From positions 1-50,886 of the forward strand of contig CAZRKG010000005.1 in NCBI GenBank assembly GCA_964600635.1: 50,886 bases of DNA, in the 5' to 3' direction. Below are positions 37,517 through 45,915 of this stretch, piece after piece (position 1 is the stretch's first letter; each line of letters opens with the position of its first letter). A program made the position numbers and the translations under genes. The notes under the pieces were generated by a model. It was given only the letters and a program-made list of their open reading frames with translations. It searched no databases and had not been told where the DNA came from. This stretch comes from an uncultured Geobacter sp. (GTDB lineage Bacteria > Desulfobacterota > Desulfuromonadia > Geobacterales > Pseudopelobacteraceae).

Positions 37517-40500
37517 TCATCTTAGTTGCATCAACCTGGTCCATTGCCATAACAAAGCGGGGGTTTTGGCCCAGAGTGGAGGTGTGTAGCCGGAAGGTAT
37601 AACTTGCCTTCTGACAAAGGTTACACAATCGTTAAATCCATACCTGTAATGTCTGGTCTGTGTATTTGTAACAACACGGGCGTTTGCACGCACGGGAAGT
37701 TTGGCACGATATTTTCCGCCTCCCAGTTCATCAAGTTTCACTTTGCCCTCAGATGTCATGCTTTGTTCGATTGAAAGATCATAATATTGACGTTTGTTGC
37801 CTATATATGAGTGGCCCGGGTTCATGCTTCTTCTGCTTGGGGCGTAACCTATTTCGAACATATTATTACTTCCAGCACGACAGTTTTGTGCTAATGAGGC
37901 GTTATTGATTGAACGTCCAACACCTGATGCTCCTGCGAAAATTCCACCCAGAAAAGCACCCCATAAGATGCTGGAAGTAGCATCATAACTCCAGGATGTG
38001 TTATGGACAGTGTTCAGCCAGCCGTTGGTTATATAACCATCCAGGCCGCCAATAACTACTCCAACCACAGTATCCGAAAAAATAGCCAATCCGCCTGCCG
38101 GTACCATTGCACCTACAACACCTCCGGCAATAGTTGATGCCGCTCCCATGGCAGCTCCCATAGCTGCATATACCCCTAATTCCCTGGTGTTGAAGTCATC
38201 CTTGATCATGGCATTCAGACCATAGATGGCAACACCAAAGCCTGCTCCGGCAACGGTGCCACCAATTACTGCCACTCCCACGGCCACAAGGGCACCGGAT
38301 AATCCGCCTGATGCCACGGATAAGGCAATGCCGGCAACCACGGCTACAGTGCCTCCTATAATGGTCAGGGCCGAACGCCAGAAAACGCCCCAGGAGCAGG
38401 CACCATCTTCATCAATATAGTTAATCCAATCGCAATTACCGTAAAGGTATGGGCTGGAAAACTGACTTTCGGGATCAATGCTGAGAAATCGTCCTGTGCC
38501 AGGATCATACCATCTGGTGGCAGAACGATAGAGGCCAAAGGGGGTCAGTATCTGGCCTGTGAACCGTACAGGTATCAGCCCATGACAGGTATCATAGGAA
38601 CAGTCCATAATTTCACCCAGGGGTGAATAATGGAAGGCAGAACGCACGGTTTCCCCATCATAGATCATACGGACAGATGACTGGTAATCACGTACCAGAA
38701 AAAACAACAGATTTCCCTTTGTCTGGGCCACAGCACCATGTAATCCGTAGACAACCAGACATGTTTCCCCGCCTGTGCTGTGTGAGCATAGCGGGCGGCC
38801 TTCCTGATCATTGATCATGTAGACTGCCCGCATATCTGATTTCTCTGCTGCCAATCCATTCTGACCATACTGATATTCGCAAACACTGGAGCTGTCGCTT
38901 ACCCGGATAACCCGTCCACTGGCAGGATCTGATGATATTGTCAGCGTACCTTCAGGACTCTCGATACTTTCCGTCTCTCCTGATCTGGAATAGCGATAAA
39001 ATTTATGGCCTTCTGCTTCAAGCCGGTTGGTTGTACCTTCATAGCTAAAAGAGCGGCTATCAGCAGTTGTCAGGTTACCATTTTTATCATAGCTGCAAGG
39101 TTTTTCACGACCAAGGCTGTAGCTGGGGGCTTCTCTCAGAACAGCACTCAACAGCCGTCCTTGCGGGCTGTAGGTGCAGCTTGTTTGCAGGTTTGCAGGA
39201 AAACCCTCCTGCGTACCGGAAACGTGTGTGTTGATCGTGACAATTCTTCCAGACTTCTGATCATAGGAGAGCTGTTGGCTGAAGAGTTCATCCTCAAGAG
39301 AAAGCACCCAATCGGCACTATTGTAGGTATATTTACGGTGCAGCGGTTTTGGCGAATCAGGGGCAAGGGTTTCCTGGACAAGCTGGCCGGATTTGCCATA
39401 GTTGTACAGACAAACCCTGGTTCCGTCTTGTCTTACTTCGATCATGCGGCCTGTAAGATCGTATAGATATGTGGTTTCATGGCAGTCGCTGCCGGTGGTC
39501 AGGCTGATACTTTTTTTGTTACCTGTCTGGTCATAAACTGTCCGGCATACCAGCTCCAGACCGTCCACTTTCTGACAATGTATGGTAATCTGCCCATCAT
39601 CGTCATAGCTGAAAATATCATGCACAACATTTTGGGCTGATTTCTGCATAGCTGAAACAAGGTTACCCCATTGTCTTATATCTTCACTGTCTCCGCTGTA
39701 GGTTTTTCTTTGGGTCCACTGTGAGTTCGGGGGCTGCCCACCTCCGGCCAGTGCCAGCCTGGCCAGTGCTTCATAGTCCCATCTGTCGTGGCTTAGTCCA
39801 TCTTCGATTACACGTCCTGCATGATCATAGATCCTGTATACAAAAAAACCTTCTGCTTCACCCCTGGATGTGCGGAAGTAGTGCAGTCGTCCCAGATGGT
39901 CATGCACCAGGCTGGTTACGCCCGTATCACTATTATCTGTTTGTTTCAGATTGCCGAACCGATCATATTCAATCGTTCCTGCATGGGTATCATCTCCGGC
40001 CAGACCTGAAAATTCGTTTGGAGCATGTCGGGTGGTTATTCTGCCCCAATAATCCCGATCATAGCCGCTGATTATACATTCTCCGTCCCTGGTTCGGATT
40101 ATCGTATATATTTCGTTATCAAAGCTGTCAGTTACAGTCAGGTTTTCCTTACCATCCGGTTCAACAACACGTTTAAGAGTGCAACCATCCGCTCTGGTTC
40201 CGTTGGGCAGAGTGCCGCTAAGGTAGTATGATCCCAGTTTGATGGTTGTGCGGTCTTTTAAAGCTCCCTGTATGGCAAAAGACCTGCCTGGCTGACCCAT
40301 TTCAACAAGTGCCGGGTTGGGGGATTTCTCAAAGCTGGTGCCGTGGAAGGGGTAGCCTTCATCTTCAGGATAAGCTGCGGCAATTTCACCACTAAGCGTC
40401 CCTGTAGACAGATCCTGAGAGGCGAAACCTTCACGGTAGCCCCAGAAGATTCCTTTTGTTTCAAGAGGTCTGGTTTGTGCCGTTACCTGGCACAGAGGAT

Positions 40501-43500
40501 TATGGAGTGTTGCCGCTGTAATTATACCATCTTCGGTTATAGTCTGGTTTTGCAGCAAAGTTCCGTCAGAGTCTGTGTATTTAAGGATAACCACTGGATC
40601 AGAGGAACAGGCAAGTGCGGAGATTGTAGTACTGCCAAGCAGATTAACGGATAAACATTTACAAGAATCCTCAGCTATAAATGATTGCTGGATAAGCATT
40701 CCTGATTGGTAAACAGCCAGCCGGTTTCCGATATGCAGGATGAAAAAATCCGTTGCGGCATCCAGCAGGGAGAAATGGCTGATGGTGATTCTGTCTTCAT
40801 ATAAGGTGCCAGAAGCAGAACTTAACTCAATTGAGGTTTTTCCAATATGAATTGACAGTGAGCCTTTTCCTATTTTTGAGGAAACGTAAAGCCCAAAGTT
40901 ATTGCCGGTCTCGCTTTTATAGATCAGAGTTCCTGCCTGGCTTCCGGCGAGGGATAATTGACGATCGGCAAAAGACCAGGAGCCTTGTAAATCCCAGTGT
41001 TTCTTTAAATCTGTCCCGCGTGAAAGATCGTAATAATAACCCTCACCCGGAAAAGTCACGGTAATATTGGCATCAACCGCTTCATCTGACAGGGGTTGGC
41101 CGGCTAATGTCCGGTAATCGTAAAGTGTGGCGTTTCTCCAGCGATTCAGCAGGTCATATTCAATTGTCGGACGCTGCATCCAGTCATAAACGGTGAACCT
41201 GCCACCACTCCGGTTACCACCACGAAATGTCTGTAACCGCCAATCACCAGTATACACATACCCTGTTAATTCACAGTCCAGAGGTGCAAGAGTCACTACA
41301 TCAATCAGCACCGACCCGGAAGCAGGACCATTAAGCTGAATTTCAAGTTTTACATTCTGTAGCTCGGCCAGTTCCCTGAATCTGATCAGTCTGGAAACCT
41401 GTGTCCATTGCTCTGTGCCAGGAGCAAGCTCTATTGTTATGGTTTCCTGCCTACCGAGACAAGAGCCGGTTATATGGGCTTTTACACTGCTGCAAGCTGT
41501 TTTGACTGCACAGTTGAACGTATATGGCCCAGACAGGTTTGCCATGATAACGGTCATCACAACGTCCCCTGGTTGCAGCATCAGAGAAGTTGTCCCGCAA
41601 AAGCTCTCATCTGTATGCAGCATCTGTCCGTAGAGACGATTTCCCCCTGCTGTCCAGATGATACGCTCGTAGGGTTCAAAGGAGCTGAAAAGTACTTCAC
41701 CAGTACGGTTGCCATCTGCAAAAGCTGTTATCTGGCGATCCAGCGTATCATACAGATTTGAGGTGAACCGTCCGTCCTCAGTTGTGACCTCTGCCTCAAA
41801 ACCCAGACTGGTCCAGGAGTGGACCCGCTTGATTGTGTACCAGTTATCAGCATTGCCCACAGGATAAACCGGGTCACCAATGCCATTCCATTTCAATTCT
41901 TCCAGGGCATGCCATCTTCCGTCCGGGCTTTCTCCCCATCTTGAGGCCCATGCTTCAAGGTTTACACCGCTTTTCTCCTCTTGCCGGATAACATGAACCG
42001 GCAGATCCAGAATGTGACGCTTCGCAAGTTCCGGGTATATTTCAAAGCCGTATGTATACTGCGTTTTCAGGACTAATAACCGGCCTTGACCATCGTTTCC
42101 TGATTTTATGATACTGCGTAGTTGATGCCACCTTGGTTCATAGGTGTTGACCAGCACTGATTCAGTAAAATTGCGGTTTTCAGTAGCTTCATACTTGTCC
42201 AGGTCATACACCGGATGCCAGTTTTGCCTGACGGTTTTGGTATTTCTGATCACAAAACCACGGCTATCCAGGGCTTTCAGGTAATTGACAGAATGTTCAA
42301 CAAGGTGTCCTTCGGCATCCACCATGTCGGTTGAAAACATCTGGCCATAGAACCTGGAGTAATGGGCCTTGGCATTGCTGTAGGCATCGTCTTCCGGGTA
42401 AAATGCTTCGGCGTGGTGATCTGGAATACCGTTGAAATACAGATATTCTATATAGCCATAGGGCTTTTCAGCATCAACCGGAATACAGCGGACACGGCCA
42501 AATCCGGGGGTATATGCCTGAATCCGTGCTGATCCGAGATCGTACTCCATTAAGTACTGCTGCACCGTGCGGATGGTCTTTAGCTGGATTTTATTCACCA
42601 CTGGTACGGATGGATATGGCCTGTATCTGCCATCGGCCAAAGCATATAACTTGATTCTGTTATCCCGCATAAAGGTGTTAAAGGAGTTTATGCCGATAGA
42701 ATGGCCGTATTCAGGCGGAAAATCGCAGATTTCGCCTGGCAGTGACAATTCCTCAGATGCTTTGCCGTAGTCCAGGTGCATTTTAACTGTAACTTCACGT
42801 CCCCTGATCTGATAGAGCAGGTAATTTATACTCAGACGTATGCTTGAAGGTACGACCGTATTGGGAAGAGTGTGTATAAGTGTCCAGGTTGAGTCCGTAT
42901 TTCGGTAAAATAGATTTCTGCCAAGCAGTGCATAATCACCAATGACGGCTGGCTGGAATATATCGTCTTCGCTAAGATCTCCGCAGACTGGAACTTTGTC
43001 GCGTGTCCAGGTCTGATGGTACGGGTCATATCTGATTGCATAAAAGCGTTGTCGTCCACTGATTTTCTCCGTAGCCAAACCAAGATCAGCTCCACAGGCA
43101 TATCGGTATTGCCCCCCTGACTGGGGTTGGAGTATCTGGTGAGTTTCCCAACTGCCTGGCCTGTAACGGTAAAAGTTCTGGCCGAAGCTGATTAAGGAAT
43201 CAGAAGACTGTGAGAACAGGATAGGATTATCAACATCGCAATTTTGAGAGATAAGATCTGTTTTGACATTGGCAAGCTGAAACCCCTCACGCCAACGCAT
43301 AAGCAGGGTGAGTGCTTCAATTTTTGTTTCCCCTTTTAATTGCAGGAACGTAGCTGATGCCTGGCAGGCACCAACTGACCATACTGATCCTGAGCTGGTG
43401 AATCGCCAGTCAACTTCCTGATTTACATCAAACTTATGGCCGTTTTTCCAGGTGTGGTCAGCATCGGCATAGAAGGTTTGCAGCCTTATGGTTTTGGCAG

Positions 43501-45088
43501 CAGAATTATAAAAGGCACCAAGTATAAACCCACGTCCTGCTCCCAGGGCTTGAAAATCCATACTTTGTGTCGGTATGCGTTTTTCCGCCCAGGTGTTCTC
43601 ATTATTATTCAGTTGCATTACAATCAGTGCATTTTCCGCTTTACGCTGAAAAGCGAAAAAATCGCTGCCGCATGTGGTGGCAGGCGGTATATCTCCCTTG
43701 TCCAACGCCATCTCCAGGCAGATCCATTCTCCATTGCGGCTGGTGGAGCGGTTGAAAAGTCGCAGTATGTATTGACTTCGCCGCAATGAATAATATGTAA
43801 GGGCTACAAAACCCTGACCAGGATTAACTTTTACATCAGACAGGTTTTCATCCATCAGGCTCTGGTCTTCATAGGTTGCCCAACCTGTATCCCAATAGAG
43901 GATACGGAAGCGGTATCTGGTTCCGTTGCTGTCAAGAATTACGGAATAATCCTGTGCATGCAGGACTTTGGATTTCCACTCTGGGCCATGTTTTTCTACG
44001 ATGGCTGTTCCGTCCGCCTGTTTAAAAGACAAGGTGCTGTGTTCAAACCGGATCTGTGCCCCATTGGGTCTTGAGATTGAGGAAAGTGTGCCGGGTGCAG
44101 GGCAACTGCTGTCGAAATCGTAACAGAATTTCATCGGTGGCAGGGCACGATCTTCCGGCATCACCTGGCAGACCGAGGTAAGATAGCGTTTGGTCAGTGC
44201 TTTGCTCCCAAAGCTGTGCAATTTGTATTCAAGAGCCTGCTTGTATAGCAACACCCCTTCAGGTGACAGGACTTCCAGGGATGCCAGGTAGCAATCTTCA
44301 TAAGAACACTGATATGCGTTTATTCCTTTAATGGATTCATGTGCAGGCTGGAACTCGCAGCTACTTTTGGGGGCATAGTTGAATCGGAGCGTTTCGCCGA
44401 ATGCAGATGTTACGGTTTTGTATCGCATGGCTCGGGTATACAGCCCACCACCTGCCTGTTCGCATACATTGTCATAAGTCAGGGTGATTACGCCGCCGTC
44501 ATGATTTTCAACTGATCGGAGATACCAGCCTACAGGAAAAGGTGTTCCATCTCTCGCAACAGTCGGGCCAACCCAGTTATCCCAGGCCAGCAATTGTTCG
44601 ATACTGTCCTCACTGCCGCCGTATCGCCAGATCTGGCCATTTTCCTTTCGGATGACCCATTGGCTGTGTTTTCCGTTTTCCTGATGCAGGGTAAATTCCC
44701 ATAAAGGATGTTCCGGTGAGTAAAAGGAATAAACTCCATTTGTGCCGCCTGTCCTGTAGAGCGGGAACTGACCGCCTTCGCTGCTGAAAGAAAAATCAGC
44801 CTGATAGGTCTCTCTGACTTGACGGTTTGTAACCGTAACAGCCGCCAAAGGGAGTATCCAGCCATATCCCAGTACAGATTGAGGTGCGTTTCGATTTGGT
44901 GTATTAAACTGTCTGCTTGTGGAGCTTTGATAGGTAATCTGGAGAGAAAAAGACAGATTTGTCGGGCCATGCAGTTCTGCCAGACAGACAGGTGCAGTAA
45001 TCTGGCCGGTAAATAAGTTGACATTGTTGAGGATGCTGTTACTTTCACTTCCCCCGTTTTGGCCTGAGCGATATAGTTGGTCTGCCAT
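37517..45088 (-). CDS. Giant Rhs/YD-repeat protein (TcB-TcC-fusion-like) with a C-terminal toxin-like tip
   Basis: SpvB/TcB-like N-terminus (VNLFTG, LGYGW.L, WYLRSV), YD repeats (YDRFGNL, YDHAGRV, YDQTGN, YDKNGNL), core RFTGQ...RWYDPGTGRFLSIDP...PYLYG...NYIDEDG. Start ATG 45088 with aggagg RBS. Confidence 0.9.
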   Translation of the reverse strand: MADQLYRSGQNGGSESNSILNNVNLFTGQITAPVCLAELHGPTNLSFSLQITYQSSTSRQFNTPNRNAPQSVLGYGWILPLAAVTVTNRQVRETYQADFSFSSEGGQFPLYRTGGTNGVYSFYSPEHPLWEFTLHQENGKHSQWVIRKENGQIWRYGGSEDSIEQLLAWDNWVGPTVARDGTPFPVGWYLRSVENHDGGVITLTYDNVCEQAGGGLYTRAMRYKTVTSAFGETLRFNYAPKSSCEFQPAHESIKGINAYQCSYEDCYLASLEVLSPEGVLLYKQALEYKLHSFGSKALTKRYLTSVCQVMPEDRALPPMKFCYDFDSSCPAPGTLSSISRPNGAQIRFEHSTLSFKQADGTAIVEKHGPEWKSKVLHAQDYSVILDSNGTRYRFRILYWDTGWATYEDQSLMDENLSDVKVNPGQGFVALTYYSLRRSQYILRLFNRSTSRNGEWICLEMALDKGDIPPATTCGSDFFAFQRKAENALIVMQLNNNENTWAEKRIPTQSMDFQALGAGRGFILGAFYNSAAKTIRLQTFYADADHTWKNGHKFDVNQEVDWRFTSSGSVWSVGACQASATFLQLKGETKIEALTLLMRWREGFQLANVKTDLISQNCDVDNPILFSQSSDSLISFGQNFYRYRPGSWETHQILQPQSGGQYRYACGADLGLATEKISGRQRFYAIRYDPYHQTWTRDKVPVCGDLSEDDIFQPAVIGDYALLGRNLFYRNTDSTWTLIHTLPNTVVPSSIRLSINYLLYQIRGREVTVKMHLDYGKASEELSLPGEICDFPPEYGHSIGINSFNTFMRDNRIKLYALADGRYRPYPSVPVVNKIQLKTIRTVQQYLMEYDLGSARIQAYTPGFGRVRCIPVDAEKPYGYIEYLYFNGIPDHHAEAFYPEDDAYSNAKAHYSRFYGQMFSTDMVDAEGHLVEHSVNYLKALDSRGFVIRNTKTVRQNWHPVYDLDKYEATENRNFTESVLVNTYEPRWHQLRSIIKSGNDGQGRLLVLKTQYTYGFEIYPELAKRHILDLPVHVIRQEEKSGVNLEAWASRWGESPDGRWHALEELKWNGIGDPVYPVGNADNWYTIKRVHSWTSLGFEAEVTTEDGRFTSNLYDTLDRQITAFADGNRTGEVLFSSFEPYERIIWTAGGNRLYGQMLHTDESFCGTTSLMLQPGDVVMTVIMANLSGPYTFNCAVKTACSSVKAHITGSCLGRQETITIELAPGTEQWTQVSRLIRFRELAELQNVKLEIQLNGPASGSVLIDVVTLAPLDCELTGYVYTGDWRLQTFRGGNRSGGRFTVYDWMQRPTIEYDLLNRWRNATLYDYRTLAGQPLSDEAVDANITVTFPGEGYYYDLSRGTDLKKHWDLQGSWSFADRQLSLAGSQAGTLIYKSETGNNFGLYVSSKIGKGSLSIHIGKTSIELSSASGTLYEDRITISHFSLLDAATDFFILHIGNRLAVYQSGMLIQQSFIAEDSCKCLSVNLLGSTTISALACSSDPVVILKYTDSDGTLLQNQTITEDGIITAATLHNPLCQVTAQTRPLETKGIFWGYREGFASQDLSTGTLSGEIAAAYPEDEGYPFHGTSFEKSPNPALVEMGQPGRSFAIQGALKDRTTIKLGSYYLSGTLPNGTRADGCTLKRVVEPDGKENLTVTDSFDNEIYTIIRTRDGECIISGYDRDYWGRITTRHAPNEFSGLAGDDTHAGTIEYDRFGNLKQTDNSDTGVTSLVHDHLGRLHYFRTSRGEAEGFFVYRIYDHAGRVIEDGLSHDRWDYEALARLALAGGGQPPNSQWTQRKTYSGDSEDIRQWGNLVSAMQKSAQNVVHDIFSYDDDGQITIHCQKVDGLELVCRTVYDQTGNKKSISLTTGSDCHETTYLYDLTGRMIEVRQDGTRVCLYNYGKSGQLVQETLAPDSPKPLHRKYTYNSADWVLSLEDELFSQQLSYDQKSGRIVTINTHVSGTQEGFPANLQTSCTYSPQGRLLSAVLREAPSYSLGREKPCSYDKNGNLTTADSRSFSYEGTTNRLEAEGHKFYRYSRSGETESIESPEGTLTISSDPASGRVIRVSDSSSVCEYQYGQNGLAAEKSDMRAVYMINDQEGRPLCSHSTGGETCLVVYGLHGAVAQTKGNLLFFLVRDYQSSVRMIYDGETVRSAFHYSPLGEIMDCSYDTCHGLIPVRFTGQILTPFGLYRSATRWYDPGTGRFLSIDPESQFSSPYLYGNCDWINYIDEDGACSWGVFWRSALTIIGGTVAVVAGIALSVASGGLSGALVAVGVAVIGGTVAGAGFGVAIYGLNAMIKDDFNTRELGVYAAMGAAMGAASTIAGGVVGAMVPAGGLAIFSDTVVGVVIGGLDGYITNGWLNTVHNTSWSYDATSSILWGAFLGGIFAGASGVGRSINNASLAQNCRAGSNNMFEIGYAPSRRSMNPGHSYIGNKRQYYDLSIEQSMTSEGKVKLDELGGGKYRAKLPVRANARVVTNTQTRHYRYGFNDCVTFVRRQVIPSGYTPPLWAKTPALLWQWTRLMQLR

Positions 45089-45277
45089 ATCTCCTCCTGT
45101 GTCTTTACACAATAAGAATCAATACATCCAGCCTTTGTTGGGTGAGGCAGCCGATTCATGATTACAGCGCAAGGGAACGGATCAAACCATTTTCAGATGT
45201 GCCAGTCTATATTACACTGTACTGATAAACAAATTGAATTTTACGTAATCAGCAGGTATTGATTTAAGGAGGTTTTT

Positions 45278-45781
45278 ATGCCACATGGTTTTAGTGTAAA
45301 AGATGCCATCATAGCTGATATTCCGTTGCTGCAAGAGCTTGCCAGCCGTATCTGGCATGACCATTACCCCGATATTATTACGGTTGAGCAGATTAACTAT
45401 ATGCTGGCCGATGGATATTCCACCGCCAGGATTACCGCAGAGATGGAAAATGGCAAGGCCACCTGGTTGTTGCTGATGATGGGTGATAATGCGGTCGGTT
45501 TTGCATCCTTTGGCCCATTTGATGGTGACACCTTCAAGCTGCACAAGCTGTATCTGGATGTTGGTCTGCATGGCAAAGGTCTGGGCAGCCAGGCTCTCAA
45601 AGAAATAGAACCGCTTGCCAGACAACAGGGAGCGGCTGCAATTATCCTGAATGTCAATAAATATAACCAGAAGGCCATTGCCAGCTATCAGCGTAATGGC
45701 TACCAGGTGGCAGAGTCTGTTGTTAATGATATTGGTCATGGTTTTGTGATGGATGATTTTGTTATGCGTAAATCGCTATAG
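45278..45781 (+). CDS. GNAT acetyltransferase
   Basis: LHKLYL...HGKGLG, LNVNKYN..AI..Y...G, DIGHGFVMDDFVM; strong RBS. Confidence 0.9.
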   Translation: MPHGFSVKDAIIADIPLLQELASRIWHDHYPDIITVEQINYMLADGYSTARITAEMENGKATWLLLMMGDNAVGFASFGPFDGDTFKLHKLYLDVGLHGKGLGSQALKEIEPLARQQGAAAIILNVNKYNQKAIASYQRNGYQVAESVVNDIGHGFVMDDFVMRKSL

Positions 45782-45915
45782 AGATCAGCCCGTTGTTCCG
45801 ATCCGTCTAAAAGGGTCTGTACCGCACAGACTTAAATCTGATATATCTATAGTCACCTGATGACACAGTACCAAAGGTAGTTCTGCAAACAACGCCTGAA
45901 AAAGAGGAGGAACTG

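Noticed and set aside
45089-45277. Riboswitch or sigma54 promoter upstream of the Rhs gene
   Set aside because: No GEMM-type motif recognised. A TGGCAC is present on the minus strand but lacks the TTGC element at the required spacing.
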